Positions 7,654 to 17,641 of a stretch of 64,000 nucleotides of DNA are shown here, piece after piece; positions within the stretch are counted from its first letter, which is position 1; each line of letters starts with the position of its first letter. Source of the stretch: a virus; IMG/VR virus record IMGVR_UViG_3300027969_000058, positions 32,001-96,000 of that record; one strand, given 5' to 3'. Under the pieces are notes generated by a model. The model did not search any database. It was not told the DNA's origin and was given only the letters and a program-made list of their open reading frames with translations. A program made the position numbers and the translations under genes.

Positions 7654-9612
7654 TTATTCTCCCATCTTGTATTGGCTGTCAACCATTCGCTTGTGTAAAC
7701 TATCACTGCTCAGTTGACGCAATACTTGTACATTGTCTACAACTCGCTGTGCTTTATAAATCTCTTTAGGTTCATAAAAAGCAGTGTCTCTTAACACAAT
7801 TGAATATGCACTAAATCCCACAGGAGTTGTTGCCATAGTGGCAATATCAACTCCACTGGCTAATTCATTTGACTGTACATTTCTATTCACAGTGCTGTTT
7901 TGTTGTGTATTTTCTTGCATCATTTCAAAACGCGGTTGTATCATCATATCTGATAGAGGATTACCAGCACGACCCGAGCCACCGACGCTGGCTACTTGTG
8001 TTGGCGGTGCTTCTACATCCACTGGTCTTGCTTCTGATCGAGGTTGATACACTGGTGCGGACTGTGTAGTTGGCGGTGCTATATTAGATACAGTAAATGA
8101 ACTTAGTGGGTTGTAGGCAAATGGATTAACATTAAGGGTCAATCCTGTACCGCTGGCTGTTTGCTGAGTTGTTTGAGTTGTTCTACTTACCTGTGTCTGT
8201 ACTGACGAAGCCTGTTGTGTAGTAAGTTGAGATTGTGTTGATTGCGTCATTGTCTGCTGACTGGTCTGTGTTGTTTGACTGGAAAACTGTGCGGCTGCTG
8301 TGGCACTGTTGGCACTCATATCTTGATTTATGCTAACTGCGGCATTACTGGCGGCGTTTGAACTTTGCACAGCACCTTCAAATGCTTTGGCTGCATTTTG
8401 CACAGCCGTTGCTTGTACTGCTTTGTCTTTTTCCTGTGCGGCACGAGCTACACTCAATGCTGCCCCCGGTGTCATCTTAGGACCATCATTTGATCTACCA
8501 GGTCCTGCTTGTTGTGGACCAGCTTGGCTTGGCCCCGAACTTGGCGGTGGTGCAGACTGTGCTTGTTGTGGAGGACCGCCTGCAGGTTGTGGACCAGCGG
8601 CTGGACCTTGTTGCGGACCTTGCGGGCCAGGCTGTGATGGACTATCTTGTGGCCCGCCGGAATTTTGATTTGGCTCTTGCCCTTGCGGGCCTGCTGCCGG
8701 ACCTTGTGGTCCTTGTGGTCCTACTTGTCCCATTGGGCCTTGCGGTCCTTGCGGCCCAGGTGCAGGGTTAGTAAAGTCAGTGCCTGTTAGTGCTGGGCCT
8801 GCTGCCGGTCCAGGAGACACTAATGCATAGTTAGTCACAGGCACAAACGATGTTGCAGATGCATTTGATACTGTGGATCCTAATATTGAATTTTTAACAG
8901 TGGCTAATGCATATCCTGGACAAGTGGGACTTGACAGTGGGTCAGCAATACACGGATCAGGCTTAACTGAATATTTTAAACTGAAGTTTACATTCATAAC
9001 TTCTGGGCCGTACGGTCCTACCCAATAATTGTTATCTCTACCAACAAATCCATATTGTACATTACCCATAGTTGATGCAGTATAAGGCGTGGCAAATGTT
9101 TCGCTAAAATTAAAAGTAGTCCAATTATACCTTCTATTAGTCTGACTTGTATAATCATAGGCAGCAACTTGATTGCCGCTACTGCCATATAATTTTACAT
9201 AGGCAGACAAATAATCCTGAGCACCATTATCCCAACCGTTGCCGTTTTTAGCAGTGAATCCAAAGTTGAATCCGCTAAGTTGCACTCCACTGCCGCCAAT
9301 AGACAATGCCTTGTTTATGTTGACCACTTGATTTAAGTCTACTGTGCCGTATGAAAAATTAATAACATTAGATCCAGCACCCCACGCACTTACTCGAGGA
9401 TTAGGGCCGCAATATCCAGGGTCTCCATATGACCAACATGTCAACTGTTGTCCCACACTGCCTGCATTATTCCAGACTGATGTTGTATCCGTGGGACTAC
9501 CGGTAAAATTTGTTAGATTACCAGTAACAGAGTCAGTTGTTTGACTATTAGAATAACTTGAACACAAGAGCCCCAAGCAGAGCACCAATGCCAACTTTCT
9601 TATAAGTGTCAT
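7654..9612 (-). CDS. Secreted protein with beta-rich N domain, Gly-Pro-Gln collagen-like stretch and Gln/Thr-rich region
   Basis: Signal peptide, GPQ repeats, low-complexity Q/T/S tract. Confidence 0.8.
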   Translation of the reverse strand: MTLIRKLALVLCLGLLCSSYSNSQTTDSVTGNLTNFTGSPTDTTSVWNNAGSVGQQLTCWSYGDPGYCGPNPRVSAWGAGSNVINFSYGTVDLNQVVNINKALSIGGSGVQLSGFNFGFTAKNGNGWDNGAQDYLSAYVKLYGSSGNQVAAYDYTSQTNRRYNWTTFNFSETFATPYTASTMGNVQYGFVGRDNNYWVGPYGPEVMNVNFSLKYSVKPDPCIADPLSSPTCPGYALATVKNSILGSTVSNASATSFVPVTNYALVSPGPAAGPALTGTDFTNPAPGPQGPQGPMGQVGPQGPQGPAAGPQGQEPNQNSGGPQDSPSQPGPQGPQQGPAAGPQPAGGPPQQAQSAPPPSSGPSQAGPQQAGPGRSNDGPKMTPGAALSVARAAQEKDKAVQATAVQNAAKAFEGAVQSSNAASNAAVSINQDMSANSATAAAQFSSQTTQTSQQTMTQSTQSQLTTQQASSVQTQVSRTTQTTQQTASGTGLTLNVNPFAYNPLSSFTVSNIAPPTTQSAPVYQPRSEARPVDVEAPPTQVASVGGSGRAGNPLSDMMIQPRFEMMQENTQQNSTVNRNVQSNELASGVDIATMATTPVGFSAYSIVLRDTAFYEPKEIYKAQRVVDNVQVLRQLSSDSLHKRMVDSQYKMGE

Positions 9613-10714
9613 CTATTTTTGCCTCATCTATTTTTGGTATTTTATCCAAGTTAGCTTCCCACTCAGCTTTGGCTTGTAAACCAATCTTACCTTCGTATGG
9701 GCAAGGAGTGCCAGCAGCCAACATAGCGTCAAAAACACGACGATCTTGACACATAGTAGCAACTGCGGCTACCTTCATACCCATATCATACAATGTTTTA
9801 CTTAACTTTAGTCGTTCACAATTCATATCGCGAACTGTTCCGCCGCCACTTACACCAAATATTTGTGTTTGTATACTTCCGCTTGTTCCTGTTGAGCATA
9901 AGTCGGCATTGCCGCCGCTCATCATTGCTGGGGCAACTGACGTAGGAGGAGGTTGGATTACTCGTTGTGTTATTTCAGTTTTGTTAATGTTAGTGTTGGT
10001 CATTTCACCACTGTTAATATTTTGATTAACGTTGGCATTTTGATTAACATTAGTACTGGTGTTAGTGTTATTATTGTTATTAGTCATTGTACCACTATTG
10101 GTATTTTGATTAATGTTAGTCATTGTACCACTATTAATGTTAGTGTTAGTGTTAGTGTTATTTGAGGTAGAAGTACTGTTATTAATATTACGGTTAGTCA
10201 TGTCGCCGGTATTAACATTATTGTTAGTATTTGTACTGGTACTGACATTATTGTTGTTATAGGTCATTGTACCACTGTTAATGTTATTGTTAGTATTAAC
10301 ATTATTAGATGTACTGGTACTGGTACTAATATTACGGTTAGTCATATCACCTGTGTTAACGTTGTTGTTGTTAAATGTTTGCGTACCGCTGTTAATGTTG
10401 TTGTTGTTATTGTTATTTGTATAGGTAACTGAACCACTCATAACATTGTTGTTATTATTGTTGTTGGTTACTGTGCCACTATTAACGTTGTTGTTGTTAT
10501 TAGTGTTGGTTGTGCCACCGCTTAATGCAGTGTTATTGTTAGTAGTGACTGTGCCACTATTAACGTTGTTAGTGTTGATCGTACTGGTACTGGTAGTAGT
10601 ACTATTAGTGTCAACCAGAGACTTTGAGTCGTAGGTACCCTGATTGATTAGTGTTTGTGCTTGTGCCGAAAGTGCAAGAAAGGCTATTATGCCCATTATT
10701 ACTTTTCTTTTCAT
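9548..10714 (-). CDS. Secreted Asn/Thr-rich repeat protein with Cys-rich C-terminal domain
   Basis: Signal peptide; about ten (N/T)n-(V/I)N(S/T)G(T/D/E) repeats; four Cys; C-terminal hydrophobic segment. Confidence 0.8.
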   Translation of the reverse strand: MKRKVIMGIIAFLALSAQAQTLINQGTYDSKSLVDTNSTTTSTSTINTNNVNSGTVTTNNNTALSGGTTNTNNNNNVNSGTVTNNNNNNNVMSGSVTYTNNNNNNNINSGTQTFNNNNVNTGDMTNRNISTSTSTSNNVNTNNNINSGTMTYNNNNVSTSTNTNNNVNTGDMTNRNINNSTSTSNNTNTNTNINSGTMTNINQNTNSGTMTNNNNNTNTSTNVNQNANVNQNINSGEMTNTNINKTEITQRVIQPPPTSVAPAMMSGGNADLCSTGTSGSIQTQIFGVSGGGTVRDMNCERLKLSKTLYDMGMKVAAVATMCQDRRVFDAMLAAGTPCPYEGKIGLQAKAEWEANLDKIPKIDEAKIDDTYKKVGIGALLGALVFKLF

Positions 10715-10820
10715 GTTTTTCGCTCCATGTGAGAAATTTGTTCACCTATATATTTACGTATAGATTTGCGGAAATTAAACTCCGATGTTATTTTTTTGTT
10801 AGGTGTAAATTTTTTAACAC

Positions 10821-10958
10821 CTAACGATCATTCGTAGGCTTAGGCGCTCGAACTCGGTCCTTAGATTCTTTCAGTATCTTTTCCGCTAATGGACTGGAGT
10901 GATGCGGGTGCTGCTTTGGGGGTGTTTTAGGTCTTGGCTTATGTTTGAACCAGCTCAT
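10821..10958 (-). CDS. Small basic Pro/Lys-rich protein (45 aa)
   Basis: MSWFKHKPRPKTPPKQHPHH...; SD AGGGAG and TAAATA box upstream. Confidence 0.55.
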   Translation of the reverse strand: MSWFKHKPRPKTPPKQHPHHSSPLAEKILKESKDRVRAPKPTNDR

Positions 10959-10963
10959 AAGAA

Positions 10964-11004
10964 ATCTCCCTGTTGTTGCAAATTATTTACAACTCGAGGG
11001 AGAT
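10964..11004 (-). promoter_or_regulatory. RBS-occluding hairpin enclosing a late TAAATA promoter
   Basis: ATCTCCCT/AGGGAGAT outer stem covers the SD; inner stem GTTGTAAA/TTTGCAAC has a G.U pair only on the minus strand. Confidence 0.55.
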
Positions 11005-11024
11005 GATTTATCTACAGCTATTAT

Positions 11025-12698
11025 TTAAGCAATGCCTACTTGCGGGCCAGCTTTACCTTGACTATCGTCAAAATCAATACCACCTGAAATAACTACACTG
11101 CTGTCACCAGATGTAAGCATGTCACCTGAGTTAATAACTGTGTAGTTGCCGTTAGTTGGGTTAAGAACTAAGATAATGCCAACATTGTCAGTTTGGCTGT
11201 AAATTTGATACCATGCGGCTGTTAGAATTGTTTTAAACTTTTCGTAGTCAATAGTACCATCTTCATTTGGAATACTTGCAATCATTTCTTCGTCAAAGAA
11301 TGGTCTTCCTTTTTCTGAAACAACTGCTCCTACCGCAGTGATTAAAAATTCTGCCACAGCACCTTGTGGATTTACGCCGCGCTTGCCTTGTAGACCTGGC
11401 GGTACTTGTGCATTAAAACTATCAAACCATTTAGGGCTTGTCATGCTTGTATGCTTAACAGAGCCAGTTTCTTTTGTCTTGCCTGTACCTACTTTAGTTT
11501 TCACACCTTTAACAGTTTTGTACTTAAATTCTTCGCTAAAGTTTTTACCAATGCTATTGGGATCAACACCTGCTGTGTCGCATAGTTTTTTTAGTGCAGG
11601 TATAAATGTTTTCTTACCAGCAGAACCTGCAAGGACTCCGCTACCGCCTAATCGACCACCACTGTTAGCGTTACGGCTGGCCTTAACTTCAACATCAACT
11701 GAATTACCGGTTGCATCAACACTGCTTAGATCGCCTTTGCCTTTAGATTTTGAAACTGGTTTGCAAAGAATGGATAATCCAAGTTCACCTGGACCCCAGG
11801 CGCCACCGCCTTGGCCTGCGTCTAACGCTAATAGCTTATCAAATATTTTTTCGTATATGTATGCTAAGTCGGGATCAGTAATTAGTAATGCAATATTTCC
11901 TTCTTTAAGATTAAGCAAATCATTAAACTCAACAATACCAGTCTCACATTGTTTCATAAAGTTTAAAATTTTAGGACTTTCTTTTTTAAAATTTCTTAAG
12001 TTAGGAGGTTGGTCTTTAAATCCCAAATCTTGGAAAATGTTTTCTAATGGGTATAGCAACTTTTGATAAAGTGCAGTTTGTGTAGGTTTTGGACGAGTAT
12101 TGTTCTCATCACGCTCACCTACACGTTTTGATTCATTAGAATACCAAACACGTAATTGATCTAATATACCCACTGCTTTACCTGCTAACAAGTCAGCAGA
12201 TTCTTTAACTTGTTTAAAGAATTGATCTACAGTTACTAATGCTTCTGTACCGCCAGCAGTAAATGATTTCTTAACAGCACTAACATGTCCTTTGTGAATC
12301 ATTCTCATAGAGTCTCGTAATGCTGGATCAGTACGCAAATTTGATAACATTTTTGCAGCAGCTTTGGGATCGCTCATCAATGCAACAAATGATTCGTACC
12401 ACGGTTCGTCGCCTGCTTCGACTGCTTCTGCTATTGGTTCTTCTTTAGCTGGCGCAGGTACTTGAGCTACAGGAGCTGGGGTTGTAACTTGCGGTTGAGC
12501 TGCTGGTGCAGCCGGCTCTTCTATCGATTGCTTAGTAGTTGAAACAAGATTCTTAATAACACCCATAGCAACACTATAAAGCGGATCGTTAGGATCAACA
12601 ATTTCAATAATGTTGCTTAGAATCTGAAGATCGTTTTCACCTTTGCCCGTAGGCGGTGCAAACTCTAATAGGATTGATTTAAATTCACTGTATCTCAT
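11025..12698 (-). CDS. Hypothetical protein with PD-(D/E)xK-like nuclease motif
   Basis: GPGELGLSIL...KGKGDL...VEVKA; N-terminus MRYSEFKSILLE. Confidence 0.6.
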   Translation of the reverse strand: MRYSEFKSILLEFAPPTGKGENDLQILSNIIEIVDPNDPLYSVAMGVIKNLVSTTKQSIEEPAAPAAQPQVTTPAPVAQVPAPAKEEPIAEAVEAGDEPWYESFVALMSDPKAAAKMLSNLRTDPALRDSMRMIHKGHVSAVKKSFTAGGTEALVTVDQFFKQVKESADLLAGKAVGILDQLRVWYSNESKRVGERDENNTRPKPTQTALYQKLLYPLENIFQDLGFKDQPPNLRNFKKESPKILNFMKQCETGIVEFNDLLNLKEGNIALLITDPDLAYIYEKIFDKLLALDAGQGGGAWGPGELGLSILCKPVSKSKGKGDLSSVDATGNSVDVEVKASRNANSGGRLGGSGVLAGSAGKKTFIPALKKLCDTAGVDPNSIGKNFSEEFKYKTVKGVKTKVGTGKTKETGSVKHTSMTSPKWFDSFNAQVPPGLQGKRGVNPQGAVAEFLITAVGAVVSEKGRPFFDEEMIASIPNEDGTIDYEKFKTILTAAWYQIYSQTDNVGIILVLNPTNGNYTVINSGDMLTSGDSSVVISGGIDFDDSQGKAGPQVGIA

Positions 12699-12708
12699 AG
12701 TGTAATAT

Positions 12709-13389
12709 TTAGCGTATTTCCGGGAAGAGACATTCCTGTACGAACACTGTTACATCTTCTTCGCTAAGGCCTAAGCTAACCATAACTTTAGGTGTGTGCG
12801 GATTTTGCTTTTGATTTTGTGCATAGTAGTTCTGTGCTGCCGATGTATCTACAGCAGTGTTATTAGTTTCGCCTACACATTCTGTATAGTGATTTACTAA
12901 AATACTTGCTAAAGATGCTATCTGCTTTAGTTCGCTTTCATCACTAACGTTTCCGGCTGCTACCATATTTTTACTAAAAATACGCTGAGCCCATTCTGGT
13001 AATGCACGTTGTTTGTTCCATTCGTAACGACTGACTTCATCGCCGAAGTATTCAATCATAGGATGTGCTGTGTCGCCTGCTGGGCTGTAGTCAATAAAAC
13101 AACCGGTAATCTTGTTTTTACCTGCGATTACGTCAAAGCCGAATATCGGAGCAGGATTATGCGTATGTGGGAAAATACAACAATGCATCATCCAAAGACC
13201 TTTAGTGTCACGAGCGTCTACAATATCGATGTGTGCTCGTCTATACAATTCGCCTGAATACACGCGGTTAACCCAACCGGGTTGGTTAAATCGATCCATT
13301 CCGGGCTCATTAACTAATGTGCCCGTTTTCTCAAAAGTCTGTTCGAATTTTTCAGCAATATCTTGCAGTGTTTCCCAAACGTTACTCAT
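12709..13389 (-). CDS. pcyX: Ferredoxin-dependent bilin reductase, PcyX type
   Basis: RAHIDIV, LWMMHCCIFP and PIFGFDV place Asp55, His69 and Asp86, matching the PcyX catalytic set as recalled (PcyA has Glu at the first position); C-terminal Q.YY...Q..NPHT; adjacent to heme oxygenase. Confidence 0.88.
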   Translation of the reverse strand: MSNVWETLQDIAEKFEQTFEKTGTLVNEPGMDRFNQPGWVNRVYSGELYRRAHIDIVDARDTKGLWMMHCCIFPHTHNPAPIFGFDVIAGKNKITGCFIDYSPAGDTAHPMIEYFGDEVSRYEWNKQRALPEWAQRIFSKNMVAAGNVSDESELKQIASLASILVNHYTECVGETNNTAVDTSAAQNYYAQNQKQNPHTPKVMVSLGLSEEDVTVFVQECLFPEIR

Positions 13390-13921
13390 TTCCTAATACT
13401 TTCATTAATTTAATTGCCCATTCAAATGCAACACGGGCTTCGTCGCCAAGGTCGTCTGTAAGCTCTGCACGAATGGCTGCTTTTAAATTATGTGCATCCT
13501 TGAATTCGTAGAACTTACCAGAGCCTGGGCATTTTTTAGCAATGATCTGTCCGCCAAATAAATCGCCCATATGACGGCAGTATAGGTGTGCCTTAACTAA
13601 GTGTTTACGAGAGTCGTCGTAATTTAGTGCTAACAAATACTGGTAGTATTCAATGGTTGCAGGCAGCCATCTAAGTTGATGGTGCGGCCCAACTAATTCT
13701 ATACAGTCTTGATATATCTTATGTGTACGTTCAATGTCTGGTAAGTTTTTTAACATACCTTGACTATTTGCCGCAGTTTCAATGCCGTTGTATACTAATA
13801 CCATTTGCCAAAGATAGTTAGCATACTCTTCTTTAGAAAAGGTTCCGCCAACTAACTTTTTAGCAAATAAAGTTTCTTCTGCTTTTTGATGTAGATCGTG
13901 TGTAATGTCTCGTAAGCTCAT
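13382..13921 (-). CDS. hemO: Heme oxygenase
   Basis: Proximal His in LRDITHDLHQKAE; distal helix HLYCRHMGDLFGGQ. Confidence 0.92.
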   Translation of the reverse strand: MSLRDITHDLHQKAEETLFAKKLVGGTFSKEEYANYLWQMVLVYNGIETAANSQGMLKNLPDIERTHKIYQDCIELVGPHHQLRWLPATIEYYQYLLALNYDDSRKHLVKAHLYCRHMGDLFGGQIIAKKCPGSGKFYEFKDAHNLKAAIRAELTDDLGDEARVAFEWAIKLMKVLGNE

Positions 13922-14220
13922 TCTTCTTCCATTTTAATTTGGAGTGGGAAACCACTTGCTCGGGCAAGCTGGGTAGCTTCGACTGCTTTTACTTCTGCAA
14001 TTTCGAAACTGTAAACTCCAGCAATTCCACTACCAGTACTATGTATCTGTATTGTAATATCTTTAGCTGTTTCTTGAGTGTGCTTAAAAATATCGGTTAA
14101 GATTCCAACTACAAAATCCATAGGAGTAGTATCGTCGTTGATGAGAACTACTTTCCAACGTTTAGGTTCTTGAATCTTTTGTTTGATTTTATCGTCAATT
14201 TGAATTTCAGATGTAGGCAT
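13918..14220 (-). CDS. clpS: ATP-dependent Clp protease adaptor ClpS
   Basis: KVVLINDDTTPMDFVV..L...F, IH..G.GIAGVY..EIAE.K, FPL motifs. Confidence 0.95.
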   Translation of the reverse strand: MPTSEIQIDDKIKQKIQEPKRWKVVLINDDTTPMDFVVGILTDIFKHTQETAKDITIQIHSTGSGIAGVYSFEIAEVKAVEATQLARASGFPLQIKMEEE

Positions 14221-14235
14221 AGTTATACTCTCTTT

Positions 14236-14270
14236 AAAAAGGGAGAAGTTGCCTCCTCCCGTATTATTTA
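14236..14270 (-). terminator. Terminator after hsp20 overlapped by a late TAAATA promoter
   Basis: TAAATA-ATAC-GGGAGGAG-GCAA-CTTCTCCC-TTTTT. Confidence 0.7.
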
Positions 14271-14273
14271 CAT

Positions 14274-14708
14274 TTATTTTACTTCAATTCTTCGAGGCTT
14301 AAGAGCGTCGGGAATTATAAGTGTAAGTTTAATATGAAGGATGCCGTTAGTCAACAATACGTCGCCCACTTCCATATACTGCGGAATAGTAAAGGCTCTT
14401 TCAAAGTTTCTTGCGGCGAGGCCTCGATGTATGTATTGAGCATCACTGTTTTCTATTTCAGGCTTGTAACCCTTAATAATTAACTGATCCTGGTCAACCT
14501 CGACTGATATATCAGGCTTGTCAAATCCTGCAACTGCAATCTCAATTTCGTAGTGTGTATCGTCAAATTTGAGTATATTGAACGGAGGGTAATTGATGTT
14601 GTTACCAATTCCTTTTGATTCGATGTTATTGAAAATACGATCAAATCCGATCAATGCTCTACTTAAATGGGCAAGAGCTGCCGCATCAATAGTTCTTAAT
14701 TGTGTCAT
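14274..14708 (-). CDS. Small heat-shock protein Hsp20 (IbpA-like)
   Basis: NYPPFNI, IEIAVAGF, YIHRGLAARNFERAF, NGIL.I.L, PRRIEV. Confidence 0.95.
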   Translation of the reverse strand: MTQLRTIDAAALAHLSRALIGFDRIFNNIESKGIGNNINYPPFNILKFDDTHYEIEIAVAGFDKPDISVEVDQDQLIIKGYKPEIENSDAQYIHRGLAARNFERAFTIPQYMEVGDVLLTNGILHIKLTLIIPDALKPRRIEVK

Positions 14709-14760
14709 TTTATTTCTCCTTAATAAGCAAGAACTGCGTAGGGCCCCGAAGGCGCCCTAC
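14709..14760 (-). promoter_or_regulatory. ROSE-like RNA thermometer, hsp20 5' UTR
   Basis: TTCTTGCT pairs with AGGAGAA with a bulged G (the U-U-G-C-U ROSE motif opposite the SD), preceded by a GC-rich UUCG hairpin. Confidence 0.75.
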
Positions 14761-14775
14761 TTTAAAAATACTATC

Positions 14776-16695
14776 TTATTTTCTATCTTTAAAGATTTCT
14801 TCAAACTCTGCGTTTGTTTCAGCGGTGGTAGGTGTCTTACCTTCGTTTTTACTATTTTGTAAATCACCACGGACTTTCATGATTGGTTCTGCTATTTTTA
14901 CAAGTTCCGTAGCCGCTTTATTAATTACATCGGTATCTTCACCTGCTAACGCTTCTTCAACTGCTGTTACACCTGCAAGGAATGCATCTCTATCTTCCTG
15001 AGTGATTTTATCTTTAAACTCTTCACTTTCTTCAACGTCTTTAAGATCAGATTTTAGACTGTTAACCAATGCTTCGGCTTGGTTTCGCTCTTCAATAAGA
15101 GTTCGAAGTTTTTTATCTGACTCTGCATTAGCTTCAGCATCTTGTACCATACGCTCGATTTCTTCTGGTGTAAGACCGCTGTTACCTTGGATGGTAATTT
15201 TGTTTTCTTTACCAGTTAGTTGATCTTTAGCAGATACATGCATAATACCATTAGCATCAATATCGAGTGTTACTTCAACTTGTGGCTGGCCTCTACGGCT
15301 TGGCGTTGGGATCCCTTCAAGATTAAACTCGCCTAACAATTTGTTATACTGAGTAAACTCACGTTCTCCCTGGAAACATCTAATAGTAACAGCCTGTTGA
15401 TTATCTTCAGCAGTTGTAAAATTCTGGCTTGTCTTAGTTGGGATAGTGGAGTTTTTAGCAATTAGCTTTGCCATCACGCCACCTTGGGTTTCAATACCAA
15501 GACTCAACGGAGTAACGTCTAATAGCAATACATCATTACGATCGCCTTTTAATACTGCGCCCTGGATTGCCGCGCCTGCCGCCACAGCTTCGTCTGGATT
15601 AACGTCTTTGCGTGGAGCCTTGCCAAATAGCTTTTCAACAGCTTCTTGCACCTTGGGCATACGTGTCATACCACCAACAAGAATAACATCACTGATGTCA
15701 GATGCTTGTAAGCCTGCGTCTGCTAATGCTGTACGGCATGGAGCCAAAGATCTCTGAATCAATGCATCTACTAAACTTTCAAATTTAGATCGGCTAATAG
15801 TAACATTTAAGTGCTTAGGTCCTGTGGCGTCAGCTGTGATATATGGTAAATTCACTGATGTGCTCTGTGTACTTGACAATTCAATCTTGGCTTTTTCAGC
15901 GGCTTCTTTCAAACGCTGTAATGCCAACATATCCTTAGTTAAGTCGATGCCTTGTTCTTTCTTGAACTCATCAACGATGTAATCCATAATACGTTGGTCA
16001 AAGTCTTCGCCGCCAAGGAATGTATCACCATTGGTAGACATTACTTCAATTTGTTTGTCGCCCTCAACTTCTGAAATTTCAATAATAGAAATATCAAATG
16101 TTCCGCCGCCAAGATCATAAACTGCAATCTTGCAGTCTGTTTTTTCTTGTTTGTCAACACCATAGGCAAGTGCGGCCGCTGTTGGCTCGTTGATAATACG
16201 CAGAACGTCAAGTCCTGCAATTTTGCCAGCATCTTTTGTTGCCTGTCTCTGGCTATCATTAAAGTATGCAGGAACAGTAATAACTGCTTCAGTTACTGCA
16301 TAACCAAGATAGTCTTCTGCAGTCTGTTTCATTTTACGTAAAACTTCCGCTGAGATTTGTGGCGGTGCTAATTCTTTATCATTAACCTTAACCCATGCAT
16401 CGCCGTTTTCAGCTTCTATAATAGTGTATGGCATTAGGCCAATATCTTTCTGTACAGCTTCTTCTTTGAATTTACGACCAATTAAACGCTTTGATGCGTA
16501 GATTGTGTTTTTTGGGTTAGTGACTGCTTGTCGTTTTGCTGTTGCACCTACAAGAATTTCCGTATCTGTATATGCAATGATTGAGGGTGTTGTACGTGCG
16601 CCTTCGCTATTTTCAATAACTTTAGTAACGCCATTTTCAATAATGGCTACACACGAATTTGTTGTACCGAGATCGATACCGATGACTTTGCTCAT
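14776..16695 (-). CDS. dnaK: Chaperone DnaK (Hsp70)
   Basis: [40 protein letters not shown]; full length. Confidence 0.98.
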   Translation of the reverse strand: MSKVIGIDLGTTNSCVAIIENGVTKVIENSEGARTTPSIIAYTDTEILVGATAKRQAVTNPKNTIYASKRLIGRKFKEEAVQKDIGLMPYTIIEAENGDAWVKVNDKELAPPQISAEVLRKMKQTAEDYLGYAVTEAVITVPAYFNDSQRQATKDAGKIAGLDVLRIINEPTAAALAYGVDKQEKTDCKIAVYDLGGGTFDISIIEISEVEGDKQIEVMSTNGDTFLGGEDFDQRIMDYIVDEFKKEQGIDLTKDMLALQRLKEAAEKAKIELSSTQSTSVNLPYITADATGPKHLNVTISRSKFESLVDALIQRSLAPCRTALADAGLQASDISDVILVGGMTRMPKVQEAVEKLFGKAPRKDVNPDEAVAAGAAIQGAVLKGDRNDVLLLDVTPLSLGIETQGGVMAKLIAKNSTIPTKTSQNFTTAEDNQQAVTIRCFQGEREFTQYNKLLGEFNLEGIPTPSRRGQPQVEVTLDIDANGIMHVSAKDQLTGKENKITIQGNSGLTPEEIERMVQDAEANAESDKKLRTLIEERNQAEALVNSLKSDLKDVEESEEFKDKITQEDRDAFLAGVTAVEEALAGEDTDVINKAATELVKIAEPIMKVRGDLQNSKNEGKTPTTAETNAEFEEIFKDRK

Positions 16696-16752
16696 AATAG
16701 TTTCTCCTTAGTTAAGCAAGAATTTGTAGGCCCTTACGGCGCTCTACAAATT
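16696..16752 (-). promoter_or_regulatory. ROSE-like RNA thermometer, dnaK 5' UTR
   Basis: Same TTCTTGCTTA..TAAGGAGAAA SD hairpin and same upstream GTAG..GCGCC-tetraloop-GGGC..CTAC hairpin as hsp20. Confidence 0.7.
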
Positions 16753-16755
16753 TAT

Positions 16756-17340
16756 TTATCTTTTTCCACTTAACGGTGTGATTAATGTACCGTCAAATTT
16801 TGTAGTGCCTTGTAGTGTTTTAAACACATTCTGCACTCCTACTGCTTGATTCCACGCATCTTCAAGAGCATGGTGTTTTAGTACGGGAGGCCTGTTAGGA
16901 TTGATACCAATATCAAACAGTGTACGGGTATCACGAACTTCCCAAAAACTCCACGGAATTGCTTTGCCGATTTTACGAAAAATATGCTCACAAATAACAA
17001 TATCAAATGTTGCACCGTGGCTCCAAACTCGTTTGGCTCCCCAACAGAATTTATAAAGTTGATGCATAGCGTCTACTATATCAACTCTATCAGTTTCTCC
17101 AAATGCTTCATCTTGGGCTTCTTTGCTTTGATTAGCCCACCAAGCAATTGTATCGTCGTTGGTGACTAAGCCTATTTTGTCGCAACTATCTAAATCAACT
17201 CTTGTATAGAACTTTGTACATTTTGGATCATTAACATCATCACCGAACGGATCAAACTTAACAGCGCCAATTGTAAGAATGGCAGCATCTGGGGATGTTG
17301 CCAAAGTTTCCAAGTCAATCATAATATCTGTATTTGCCAT
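16756..17340 (-). CDS. DEDDh 3'-5' exo(ribo)nuclease, Rv2179c-like
   Basis: MIDLETL, WSHGATFD, RDTRT, HHALEDA. Confidence 0.88.
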   Translation of the reverse strand: MANTDIMIDLETLATSPDAAILTIGAVKFDPFGDDVNDPKCTKFYTRVDLDSCDKIGLVTNDDTIAWWANQSKEAQDEAFGETDRVDIVDAMHQLYKFCWGAKRVWSHGATFDIVICEHIFRKIGKAIPWSFWEVRDTRTLFDIGINPNRPPVLKHHALEDAWNQAVGVQNVFKTLQGTTKFDGTLITPLSGKR

Positions 17341-17367
17341 TATATTCTTTCTTTATTAAGAACTAAC

Positions 17368-17396
17368 ATTATAGCATAATACAGATCATATGTCAA
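17368..17396 (-). promoter_or_regulatory. Consensus sigma70 promoter
   Basis: TTGACA-17 nt-TATAAT. Confidence 0.88.
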
Positions 17397-17641
17397 TACA
17401 TTTTCTTAGGTAGTTCTTGTTCTCTGAGCTTTTTAGCCCAACGACTTTTGGCTGCGGCTGCTTTGCGCTTTCGAGCTGTTGTGGGTTTCTCGTAAAACTC
17501 TTTCTTTTGTAAATCCTTGAGTTTATTACTGTCCTCAATTTTATTTTTGAATTTACGTAGGGCACGATTAACATCGTCACCATCTCTAAGAAATACGGTT
17601 GATCCGTATAATCTAATTGCGTTATTGTCCTTCATCTTCAT
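17393..17641 (-). CDS. rpsU: Ribosomal protein bS21
   Basis: ALRKFKNK...KEFYEKPTTARKRK motif. Confidence 0.9.
   Translation of the reverse strand: MKMKDNNAIRLYGSTVFLRDGDDVNRALRKFKNKIEDSNKLKDLQKKEFYEKPTTARKRKAAAAKSRWAKKLREQELPKKMY

Noticed and set aside
9960-10610. Repeated DNA motifs resembling a CRISPR array or microsatellite
   Set aside because: In-frame Asn/Thr coding repeats of variable length with no unique spacers; no cas genes.
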